A stretch of DNA of 64,000 nucleotides from Octopus bimaculoides (Eukaryota): NCBI RefSeq assembly GCF_001194135.2, contig NC_068991.1:56020871-56084870 (forward strand), given 5' to 3'. The position numbers were made by a program, and so were the translations under genes. This document shows positions 1-13,000 of the stretch, piece by piece. The notes under the pieces were generated by a model. The model made no database searches and had not been told where the DNA came from. It was given only the letters and a program-made list of their open reading frames with translations. How positions within the stretch are numbered: position 1 is the first letter of the stretch; each line of letters opens with the position of its first letter.

Positions 1-388
1 ATTCTTCCCACCATCCCGCCAGTTTGAAAGACTCTATAAAGGGTTGTAGGCTTTGTCTTTCTTTATGACTAAATAATAATAATAATAATGAAGATGATAA
101 TAAAATGATAATAAAATAAACAAACCAAATATGAATTTTTTTTCATTTCGAAGACGTTCCTTCCTTGCTAAATATTTTGCCAAACACTAAACTACAATTT
201 TCCAAGCTCCTGCCTTTCTGATCTGAAAGGCATTTGGATAATCTCTCAGAAAGGAAACTACTGGAAAATAATAATACAATCATACTGCCAAACATAAACC
301 AAGATTGTTTAAATACTTTTAGAATATAAACATTACCACTATAAAATATGTCCCTTGTTGAATTCTTGATTGAACTCTTACTTCTCAG

Positions 389-427
389 TCTAATAATAAC
401 AAAAGTGACAACTTGTGTAGACTCGAG
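389..427 (+). CDS. RIPOR2: RIPOR putative exon 1 in window (SNNNKSDNLCRLE), phase 0/0
   Basis: ctcttacttctcag acceptor and GAG|gtgaga donor. The end CRLE resembles the vertebrate NSRL that precedes the next micro-exon. Confidence 0.6.
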
Positions 428-3400
428 GTGAGATGAATTTTTGACTGGATTTTAGAAAAATCATGAAGTTAAACCTTTCCATTTCCATCTTCTTATAAAT
501 CTGAAGCTTTCATTGCTAAATAATACCATCTATATTAGCTATACAGTATAGAAATACCTTACCAGTGGCAGATAAATAAATATTGGAATTTATACCAAAA
601 TGAGCAATTTTTAAAAATATATTATTCAGACATTTTAATATTGATTTACAAAAAAAAAAGGGTGCCCTGTGATAGTTGTTGTTGAAACATTATGATTATT
701 AAAAAACACCATGATAATTTATTTACATGCATAAATAAATATTAATGTCATGACTGCTAACAGTATACTAATTCAACACTAGTTAGCTAACAGTGCTAAT
801 ATTTAGTTGAATTGTTATATATATCAATGATTGATGAAAACTTAGACATATAATGTTTCACAATGTTTTGTTTTTGCTTACTTTATAGGGAAAGTTACAC
901 GAGGCTGATAAGGTAGTGTACTAAGGTCTATCAGGCTACACTAGATTGATAAATATCTCTAGTGTATTTTCCTAAATCTGTTTATTTTTTTTTCTCTCAT
1001 TATTATTTCATACTCATCCTCATCTACATCATATTAATATTGATAAGTTGGGTTATTTTTGTGTGTGTGTCTTAATTTGCCTGTAAATATTGTATTTTCT
1101 GCTAGTATTTGCAACATTGACATGTCTGTCACTGAATGTAGCAAGAGTTTAATTGATTTCTCTTGCATGGCTTTTATACAACTCTACATCTAAAGTGAAT
1201 GTTCTGCTCTTATCAACCTTTCTTTTTCATTAGTAATATTTTTTTCATTTCTATCTTTACCCCTCTTAATAAATTTTATTCTTATTTCAGTTATATTAAT
1301 TTATTTGCTAACTTACAATTTAAAAAGAAAATTATTATTCAAATTTGAATATATAATTTCTTATTAATTTTTTATTTTTTTGCTAACGTTTTGTTTTCTT
1401 CAAACAGTTCATTAATATTCAAAATAGAAGCAAATTCTATATGTTGTTTATCCTTATGTAGTGGGCGCTATTGTGATATATCTATCTGTTGTTGTGCTTC
1501 TATCTTTTTATGATTTGAATTTCTCTGGATTAGATTATCAGAAGTAAATAAACTAATGAATAAAACATCTTCCTTTCTAATTAAATAGTATGTATTATGG
1601 GGTTTGGCTATATACAAGGGACTTCACTTATTAAACAACAATGTGCACATGGGTTCATGTTTGATTCACTGACTACAGCTTTACATTGAGGCTCAACAGG
1701 CTTACATGTCTGTTACAGTGTATAGCTGTGTGTGTGTAAAACTTTGTACCTCATTTAATAAACAATAGGATGTTAAGTATGATGTGGGTATTGAGATATG
1801 ATAGTGAGAATATGCAAAGACTGACTGAAAAAACAGGCAAGCATGTTCTGTTGGATATGTAATGTTGATAAGCATGAACTCCAGAACACAAGTGCTCTGA
1901 GAGAAAATTTGAGCATTAAAAGCAAATACCTTTGATGCTCAAATTTGCTGTAGTCTATAAGAGGTATTTGCTTTTAATGCACAGGTCCAGTGGATTTCAA
2001 AGGGAGGAACGAATTTATTGCTACATTGTTTATAAATTGTCATGTGAGAGTCTGCATGACAGTATAGTATTTGCATGTAATCTTTAGTTTGGCTCTTAAT
2101 GTCTGCTTTTAGTATCCTGCATAGTGTGCATGTTTAGAACTTTTATGATACTTGTATGTGTTTTATAACATCATGCTTACATTAACAACAACAAAAGAAA
2201 CAAAGCAAAAATACATTATTTTCATGCAGTCTTAACCCTGTGATATATACGCGTTCATCTGTATACAGTATATGTTGGTGTATAGGATGGACTTTGATTT
2301 AAAAAAAAAAATCAGTTTAAAACTAGCATCTGTCTTAAAGACCAAGTATTAAATTTAAAGCTCACCAGCCTTTGGTTTAGCATGTTACAAATCACACAGT
2401 GCATAACACTAATATATCAACTATGATCCTACCTTTTACTGAAACATATAAGTATATTATTAACCTGTCTAAAATATTTTATAATGATTGCATAGTACAC
2501 TTAACTGACATACATTCATCACTTTTTGCAGAATAAAAATGAATTGCATAAACCTTAATAACCAAAAATATTTTGCTTAATGCAATTAACAATATTGTTC
2601 CACTAGTCATTAGTATGGTTTTTTAAAGGATTATTGGAATGGTAACTGCTCAGCAGCGAGTGCTGGACTCCAACATTTGAATGTTATCCTAATCACTAAA
2701 TAAAAACATTTATAGCTTTGACAACTTCATATAACTTTAGTTGAAGGTTTTGAGTAAGTGTTTAAAAATCGTTAAAATATGTGCCTCATTTTTGTATAAA
2801 AGTCCTGTATGTTAATACTTTTGTTACCATAATTCAAAGTTTTTTTTTTTTTTTCAATTAATTTTGAAAATAATGAAGAATTTTGTAAAACAACTTTGTC
2901 ATTATTAATCTGGTGTTTAAGGTGGCAAACTGGTAGAATTGTTAGCATGCTGAACAAAATACTTAGTGGCATTTCATCCACCTGTACATTCTCAGTTCAA
3001 ATTCCATCAAGGTTGACTTTGCCTTTCATCCTTTCAAGGTTGATAAAATAAGTACCAATTGAGCCTTCCCACCAGATTTTAGGCCTTGTGTCTATAGTAG
3101 AAAAGATTATTAATTTGGTGTTTGGAACATAAATTAACATGAAAATTTGATGGAAGGTTTTAATTTATAGATCATTTTAGAAACAAGTTCTCTATATTGG
3201 TAGAGTCAGGGGCAATTTCAGGCAGGTTCGTATCAAAAGGGTTGAACCTTAACCAAAATTTATCGCCTGTTGTGAAATATTATCAAGAAGTCTTATATTG
3301 TGACTATAGTGCAAAAACTTACATTTTATTCTGAGGATTGTCTTTTATGCTACACCACCCTTTCATCAACATGCCTATTAATTAGTCAGCTCTACACACA

Positions 3401-3468
3401 AATGTATACACATTCTTATATGCATTTGTCTACACATAAATTCATTCATGCATCTATTTTTTAACACA

Positions 3469-3526
<58 letters not shown>

Positions 3527-6500
3527 NNNNNNNNNNGAAATTTCTGGAACTATTTCTTCTAATGAATATCAACAATGTTTGTATTGATGTGGTGTTGTGC
3601 ATTTCAGAATTCATATAACAATGCAAATGACTTTTATTTTATGCTAGATGTAGAAACACAAGATGCCATCATGTCTACTGACAACTTCCTCCTGAACTTA
3701 GGAGTTTCCTTTCTATTCTCTTTTACTGAAAACCAACTATTTCACAGCAGGTATAACCTGTTGCCTTGCTGATCACCAGAGATGGGGTTGGGAGGAGAGG
3801 ACGTTGCAGTGTTTAGCTTGTTGATCAACTTCCCTTTAACACCTGTATTTTCTTCCTCACACTTCTTTCCTTTTTTTTCTTTTATACTTTTTTTAATATT
3901 CTGTCAAGTACTGAAATAACAGAGAATGGTATTAAGCTTATAACTAAATTTTCTGAGGCATTTAATTATGTCCTATGTTCTCAGTTGTAATCCCACTAAT
4001 TTTGATAAATACCAGCAAGTTCTAAGGTTAAATTAGCCAATTCTAACCTTCCCTAAATTTGTGTCTTTGTAAGAAATTCATTTGGTTCTTTCTTGTATTC
4101 TTATATTTTAATTCTTTCATTTTGTTTTTCTGCATTAGTTTTCATTTACCATTTATTTTTTTCTTCACTGTCTGATTCTATTTAAAATGCTTTATTGAGC
4201 TAACAGATTTGTAATTATCCTTTCAAATTCTTTTTACATAAATATATATGACCAAAATTACCATCCATTCACAAACAGTTTATATGCTCCCTTCTAAATG
4301 TCTTCTCTTCAAATATATTTAATGCATTTTACTACTCAAAATGCATAAACTTCACAAACATTTCTATGGTGTTATTCTGTACTACATCCACAAATTGAAA
4401 TAAGTTTTGCATGTGTATTTCAATGATTCTGGATTCATCTTATTTGCGATAGAAATACTTCTCAATTGAGAAGTTTTGTGTTTATCAGCCTGCTGAGACT
4501 AGAAAAATTATCAAGCTATTTTTCAGCTTGACACTATATATTAATTAAAATCAGTCTAGGGTTGAATAAAAAATGGAGCAGTTGACTAAATATTGTATTG
4601 AAGACAAGATAGAAGTGATTCTATTAGTTCATTTGAGGTCATTTCTTAGTTTGTAAACATATTTTGATTTTGCATATGCATAGTTTTATTTATTTATTTA
4701 TTTATTCATTTTTTGAAGTTGGAAAACTTGGAATTATTGGTTGATGTTTCTTTTCTAAGCTGATTTGAAAATTTAGACTTTGAAAACATTTTCACTTTCT
4801 GATACCACCTCCCTATTTAATTAGTTTTAGTGGTACTAAATTGTATTCATTGATAGTGAATTTCTTTCCTACTTCTGAGCTGGTTCAGCTAGAGAATAGA
4901 CATTTGTCTTTAGACTCTCTGTATCCCAACAAACTATTTGGAATTTTGCATAAAACTTTCATCTTTATTTGATGTATCTAGGTAAAGTAAGTCTGATTAA
5001 ACTTAGTACCTTTCAAGTTACCTTCTTAATTAGGTTTTATTTCAGTAGAGGAAACATATATCTTCACGGTGGTGCACCAGCATGACCGCAGCCACTTGGC
5101 TGAAACACATAAATAAATAAATAAATAAATAAATATATAAATTATACAGAGACCCCCCCTCCCTCTTAAGCCAAAGGTTACAAAATATAGCATCTGGCTC
5201 TATCTTAGATTATACCTTACCATCTGAAGAAAATGGGGAGGACAAGTTGCATAATGCACTCTTGACTATAACAAATACTGGATGATTAATATTAAAATGT
5301 CATTGATCATAGTTCTGACCCAGGGTTAACCAGCAACAATAGTGCTCACTCTGATAGATTTCTCTTTGAGCCATAATTAGTTATTTGTGTTTGCCAGGAA
5401 TGCAACAAAGGACACAAACAAAGGAGTTTATCAACTCAGTCTGTTGCCGTTGTTGTATTTAAAAGATCAGTAACTCTGTATTATATACATTTACTGTTCA
5501 TCAGCAACAATGTTATTAGCCTCAATATCTGTGGCTCATAAACTTCTTTGCTGATATCAGTAAAGAGCTTTGCCCTCTGTTTTGCCATTTAACCCTGTTG
5601 GCAGCAAATACTTTAGTTCAGAACAGCATGTTAAGTCATGTAGATAGATTTCAAGCTAAAACTATTTACTTCCTAGTGAATTATTCTGTTTGATTAACTG
5701 TGTGAGTCTATCAGTTAATTAGTATTTGTGGAGGATATGATGAGTTATAAATATGTGTCCTGTCCAATTCTGTTGTTCTAGTTCTGAAGTTGCCTCTAAT
5801 TTCAAGCATTTAATTGGTATTTTTGTCTGTAATTAATGTAAACAATATCTGAAGTTTTGCCTTCTTCTCACTAAATACTAATTAGATGGATTACACTTAT
5901 TTTCTAATTAATAAATATTAACAGATTTTATTTGTTTTTTAAAAATGTTTTACTTCTGTCAGACTTCACATTTCAAAAATCTGATGTAATATTTAATATG
6001 ATCACTACAAAAAACAGAAATCTTTCTCCAAAAATATCTCTATAAATTTATGTAAAAAAAGAAATTAAATAGCTAGTTTGAACTGCAAATGATAAGCCCT
6101 TGCATAAATTTAAATTGTGAAACTATTGTCACTGATATTTATTACACTTATTACAGTAATTGTGTAAATTGAAAAATTATTGTTTTTTGTATTACTTTCA
6201 CTTTCATTTCAAAGTAAATTAATCTATATTTTTTTTCATTTAATCTGGAGGGTTTTTTCTTTCCTTTTTTGTTTTAAATCACAAATTTATTTGTATATTT
6301 TTTTTATTCAAATTTCCAGCAAATTAAAGCTGCAGAAAGATATCTGAAAAGGCTTGAATTCCATTTATCAAAGGTAAACACTCTTAAGTAATAAAATTCA
6401 TAAGAAGGGTAGATGTGTGTGTGTGTATGTATATATATATATATATATANNNNNNNNNNNNNNNNNNNNNNNNNNNNNNNNNNNNNNNNNNNNNNNNNNN

Positions 6501-6834
6501 NNNNNNNNNNNNNNNNNNNNNNNNNNNNNNNNNNNNNNNNNNNNNNNNNNNNNNNNNNNNNNNNNNNNNNNNNNNNNNNNNNNNNNNNNNNNNNNNNNNN
6601 NNNNNNNNNNNNNNNNNNNNNNNNNNNNNNNNNNNNNNNNNNNNNNNNNNNNNNNNNNNNNNNNNNNNNNNNNNNNNNNNNNNNNNNNNNNNNNNNNNNN
6701 NNNNNNNNNNNNNNNNNNNNNNNNNNNNNNNNNNNNNNNNNNNNNNNNNNNNNNNNNNNNNNNNNNNNNNNNNNNNNNNNNNNNNNNNNNNNNNNNNNNN
6801 NNNNNNNNNNNNNNNNNNNNNNNNNNNNNNNNNN

Positions 6835-6865
<31 letters not shown>

Positions 6866-8620
6866 TATATATATAGAACTGAATGTGTTATTATCAAGTC
6901 AATATTTAATTTTTTTTAAATATATTATTATGCCTTATGAAGAGTACATTAATATTCTGCTTAGGAATTCTTTACTTTTTGGTTAAAATATTTAATTCCT
7001 TAGTTTGTATGCATTCTAAGTTTTAATATTACATTGGCTTTAGATTGGTGTGCGTGTGTGTGTTTTAGATTTGTATGAACATTATATGTTTTTGTGCAAT
7101 ATCATCTTTTTCATGGTGATTTTCTAGCATGACCACAGCTAACTGGCTGAAGCAAGTAAAAGACTAAAGGGTGTGCATGCATACATGCACGTACATAAAT
7201 TTGTTTCAATCATTTTTGATTTTGTCAGAGGTGAAAAAAAATCAAAGAAGAATTTAAATGAATTTGAAAGTTGATATCTTTTATCTTTTACTTATTTCAG
7301 TCATGGGACTGTGGGCATGTTGGGATACTGTCTTGAAGGATTTTGATTAAACAAGTGTACCCCAGTACTTATATTTGGAATCTGGTACTTATTCTCCTTG
7401 GCTCTTTTGTTGAGCTGCTAAGTTTTGAGGGTGTACACAAACTAACACCAGGTATCAAGAAGTAGTGAGAGGGCACACACACACACACACGTGTATGCAT
7501 GTATATATATGCAACAGATGGGTTTCCACACAATTTATATCTCTCAGATTCACTCACAAAGCATTGGTTGGTCAGTAGGTAGGGTAGAAGGCATTTGCCC
7601 AATGTGCTGCACAGTGAGACTGAACCCATAACCACATAGTTGTAAAGCGAGCTTCTTAACTATGCAGCCATGCATATGTGTATAAATATATTTTTAACTC
7701 TGCTTTTGGAAGTATAGAATTCTCTATTTAGTCTGAATACCCTTGTTCCCACAACCAACCACATAGTACGTGATTTTTTTTTTTTTTACAATTATACACT
7801 ACAGCTTATTGCAAATTATATTGCAGCTTATTATAAATGTGTTGCAGTTGCTCATGAGAGAAATAAAACAATTTGTATTGTTTTTCTGAACAATAGTAAT
7901 AATTTCTAACATTTGATAGGTCACAGATATGTAGTGCATGATGTATAATTAGTTTAATCGACTCTGCCATGCTATATTGTTTGTTACTTTTTAATTGTGA
8001 CAAATTCTATTTTTTAAAGTTTGATTGCAATCATTTTTTGGAGGGAAATATTATTTTATAACAGTTAAGAGTATAAAATGCATTGTAAACTATATTTTAT
8101 ATTTTAAGAACTTCAAAATAAGTTAACAACAAAAATAATTTAATAAGTCTATTCCTTGCATCTTTTTTTTCTTATTCTTTAATTTCAGTTTCAAACTTCT
8201 AATTCTCTAATCCTTTCTTTGTTAATTTTCTAGATTGATGAGTTACAAGATTGCTACATTGTTAACCAACAACTCCGTGAAGGTAATTTAATTTTGATAA
8301 TTTGGTTTATCTCATTTTTTTATATCCTGTATAACATAATATCAAAGTTGGAATAATGTCTTTGATATGCAGCATATTCCATAACCACATGGCCATCATA
8401 TCTTTTATCTTTTACTTGCTTTAGTCATTAGACTGCAGCCATGCTGGAGCACTGCCTTGAAGAATCTTCTAGTTGAATGAATCAACCACAGTACTTATTT
8501 TTTTCTTGAAGCCTGGTATTTATTCTATTGGTCTCTTTTGCCAAACAGTTAAGTTATGGGGATGTAAACACTTCAGCCCTCATGGAGGCAAATACAGACA
8601 GAAAGAGAGACAGATAGACA

Positions 8621-8657
<37 letters not shown>

Positions 8658-9971
8658 CGATCTTCTTTCAGTTTTTCATAAGGCTTTAGTTAGCCTGAAG
8701 CTAAAATAGAAGACACTTTCCCAAGATGTCACACAGTGGGACTGAGCCTGGAACCATGTGGTCGGGAATTATTTAAAGATAAGACCAATATTATTTCTGC
8801 AAGGTGTCTCAATACATTTACAAATGTTTATAAAATATGTAGATAGAAATGATGAGGTACACATTCTACACATCGATGTTCAATGTTATCATTTATTGAT
8901 TGGTTGTAATATAGTTGTCATATATGTTAACTATAAGTGCAATGATAATACCAATATGATGTATTGTTTATTTAGTTATTGCAATGGTAAGTTGTGTCTG
9001 TTGTGCTGATTTCAATAGTGTGTTGTTAAGTCTAAATATATCTATGCTACGAAGGACACCATTTCAATGTTTGAAGACAAGTTTTAGATTCCTCTCCTAC
9101 ATTAAGCTATGTTTAACTCGCTCACTCTCTTTCCCCCTCCCCCTCTCTCAGTTATTTAATATTTAGTGAATTTATCACTCAGTATTTAAGTCAGTGATTG
9201 TATAAATGATGGCATTTTGATACAAATGGTAATGTCAACCTTAAAGGAGCCGTAAATAACAGTGAAGAAGTTCTGTTTCAAAAATGTAAACATATATCGT
9301 AGATATTCATTCACTAGGAAGGTCCATAGATATTTGAAAATATTATAAATCAAATAGAACAATTGGTGTGGCTGTGTAGTTAAGAAACTTGCTTCCCAAC
9401 CATGTGGTCTCACAGTCGGCCTCTTCTGTTGTAGCCACTGGCCAATCAAGGCCTTGTGAGTGGATTTGGTTGCGTGTATAATTTGTGTTTATGTGTTTCT
9501 TTGTCTTGACACCATGCAATGATTGTAAACAAGTGTCATCGTCATACAAGTGGTGTTGTTTGTTTTTAGTCTTGCATGAATAATTTGTCTGGCTATGTGG
9601 AAATATTATCTTGCTAGGAAACTGGTGAAAGTTGATGACAGGAAGGGCATCCAGCCATAGAAAATCTGATTGAACAAACTTCATCTGACCTATGCAAGTA
9701 TGGAAAAGGGGATGTTGAATGATGATGATATTATTACTATTGCTCTGGACATAATTGTAAATGTTAATGTCCTTTTAGCTTTCCTTGAAAATTCAGGTAT
9801 TAGCATAAATCCATACATATAGTTTACTGATTAGGACTGGCTAATCTAGGATCAACTTAGTAAGTTGACAATACTGAATGTATTAATTCTCAGAAACCTA
9901 CCATAATCAATAAGTGTTTGATAGTTGTGTGACCATTCAAGAAACTCAATCCAAACACTTGGCTAATACTA

Positions 9972-10022
<51 letters not shown>

Positions 10023-13000
10023 TAAGCTTCATAAATTATTTTCTCCCCCAGTGAATTTGTTTGAGTTTTCATAAGTTTAAATTAAGCTTCAATTCTATTT
10101 TCTATATTATTTAACAGGGGCTCGTAACATGGCTCGAGCATATGCAAACACACCTGGCTATAAGAAAGGTTCCTTAACCAGTGTGAAATATGGTTTTAAA
10201 GAATGCTCTCAGGTAAAGTTATTATTCAGTTTGTTATTTTTTCATTGCATTGCCCCATGTTACAACTACCTCAGGTTATGAAATATTGTGCATAGAAAAA
10301 TTGGAAACAGTGACCACTAATTTCAGGATATGGTCTGTAATTTCACTCTTATAGAAACTCGCATGAATTTTTAACAATTAAAAATTACTCTTTCACCAAA
10401 ATGCCACTTCTTGATGTTTTAGCAAAGAGCTGTATAGTTAAAAATTTGGGAGACTATAATCGTTATACATTCACACATACACACACACACACACACACAT
10501 ACATATTGTGTGTGTATGTGTATGTATGCATCACTATAAGTAAGCACTTATGGAATGTGATGTGGAACTTTTCATTGAGAGTTCTTGTGTGTGTGTGTGT
10601 GTGTGTTTGCATGTATTTTCTTGAATTACATTGATTTTCTGTATTGTGTATATATGCCTAAATCAACCTTCACTATCATCATTGTCTATCATCTACACCA
10701 ACAAAACCATTATCAACACCAGAACCAATTCAACTACCTCCATTACCAATCCACTAACTCCTTAATGACCAATAATAACAGCAGTATGAACAAGATAAGT
10801 GACTATATCTAAGATAAAAGACAATAATATGAGATAATGCGGTACTCTAATGTATTTAAAAGTTCAATGAAATGTCTTTGATCTTTGATCATTGAGGATT
10901 GACTTGTGATTAAAGACTGCTCCCCGCATCACCAAATCAGTACAACCAACAGTACTACCACTAACCACCAACTTTTGAATAGCCAACTGGCAACAACAGT
11001 AATAGTCCTAGCATGTTAGAAACGTCTGTAGCTACATATATTGTATGTCAGCACCACAGTGTATGTGTAGTCAGGAGATTTTATAGCTCAAGCTAGAGGT
11101 GCAAGGAGTGAAATGCCTATGAGTGTGGTAAACTCTTAGCTAACTGCAATCATACAGTACTTTCATCCACCTCATTTCTTCAACCTTTCATATCCCCATT
11201 TTCATTCTTACATCCATAGGAATAAGATGACAATTTTTTGCGCTTGCAAAGGATTTCTTCTCTTATTTGAGGTGGATAATTCTAATTGAAACCACTGTTG
11301 GATTCATCTACAAGCTAAGATGTCTTGAAAGAAACTATCAAGTGGAACTGAAAGCAGTTGTATGAAAAGGAACCACAAAGGAATTACACTGGATGTTAAA
11401 TTTGATGTTTTTAAAAAAGCTTGATGCAGGAGAGAAGAAAATCAGTAACATTATCAAAGCATTAAAACCTGCAATGTTTACGTAGGGAACAATACATGAC
11501 AACAGCCAAATTTTCAGGGATGCATTGCTTCTGCAATGCAAGTTTCTCATTTGATTCCTTTATCTCAATAAAAGACAGTTTTAGATATGTAGAAGAAAGG
11601 TAATTTTATGTAATAATTGTTTAACAGAAAATAGCATTTAAATAATGCATATCTCAAATACTTTATGCTTAGTTTTTTTTTTCTGTGTGTGTGTGTGTGT
11701 GTCTACATAAACATTTATCTCCTGGCTGAAAGAACACTTTTATTTGTTATAGACTATTCAAACGTTTCAACAAATATTTTGGCTGTGTTTTTTTACCTTT
11801 ATAATTTTTTTCTAATGTTTTATTCACTTATGTAAATTTTATAAATGATGTTTTGGAAATATCAGAAAGGTAAACACCAGCATTGTTCTAGACTTGTCAC
11901 CAACTATCAGAATTATTGGAATATTATTGATGTCCATTGGGAAACATTTGAAATGAGAGATGTTAAGAGTGGAATTCTTGTTTATTGTTTTGCTACAAAG
12001 CTGAACAGCTATAAAAACATTCCAACCTGTGTTGATTACAATTGTGGTGGAATATTAGAGAAGACTGTACAGAAAAGAAAACAAGAGTCCAAAGAAATTT
12101 AAAATTTTAGCCATTATTTAAAATTTCTTAAATCTTATAAAACTTAGATATCATTTATTGAAACAAATTATGCAAAGTTTTCAAATCTTAATATATTTTG
12201 CAGTTTGTTTTATTCCTATCATTCATGTAATAGTCCATTTTCTGTGTTCAGTTCCTATTTTTACTTTCATTTTTCATTATACTGTTCCTTTCTGCTTGAT
12301 ATTTCCTTTTAGTTCCTCTTTATCCATCTTTATCTGATAAAGTATATTCTGTCAGAACTGAATGCTTTAGAAAGTGACTGCATGATAGAGGGCAGCAATT
12401 CTGAGGAGGAGGGATTCAACAAAATGTTTGATGCAGCATCTGGGAAGTGAGACACATTAAGAGTAATAGGTGGAGGAAAGCTAAGTGGGACAAGTGGGCC
12501 TGGAAAGAGTATGAAGGCAGGTAAAGAAGAGCAGAGGTTATTACTGTAATTATAGGCAGAAAGAAGAACCAGCTTGTCTGTGAGTTATTGCTTGAGGTTT
12601 GTTGGGATTGAATCTTTGCCAGTTTGTCACATAAGAAGTTGCTGTTTGTACACCTGTTTCAGAACAGCAAAACTTGATGCTTGCTATGATGGTGATCATC
12701 ATCATTTAATGTCCATGTTTCATGCTGGCATGGATTGGATGGTTTGACATGGAATATATCATGCTCCAATGTCTATTTTGGCATGGTTTCTATAGCTAAA
12801 TGCCCTTATTAATACCAAACATATTACAAAGTGTACTGGGTGTGTTTTTTTTTTTGTGTGGCATCAGCACTAGTGAGGTTACCATGTGGCTTGCAAGACT
12901 ATGGACCCTGAGAGTTGAAGGTTAAAGTATGAGAAAAAGCGCAGAGCAGAAAAGGTCTCTTGCTAGTGAAGAGTTACATGGCTATTCGCATTTCAGAAGA

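Noticed and set aside
1668-1725. YIEAQQAYMSV reading frame resembling RIPOR EYLEAHQAE
   Set aside because: It lies downstream of the GKLHEADK exon (wrong order) and has no convincing splice sites.
3378-3626. ORFs with CVCV/HTHT/YIYI/ERER/LSLS runs throughout the window
   Set aside because: Translations of dinucleotide microsatellites.
6304-6986. Long ORFs containing X runs (also 26638-27497, 32609-33101, 36840-37192)
   Set aside because: They are open only because N gaps and (TA)n contain no stop codons. Not coding.
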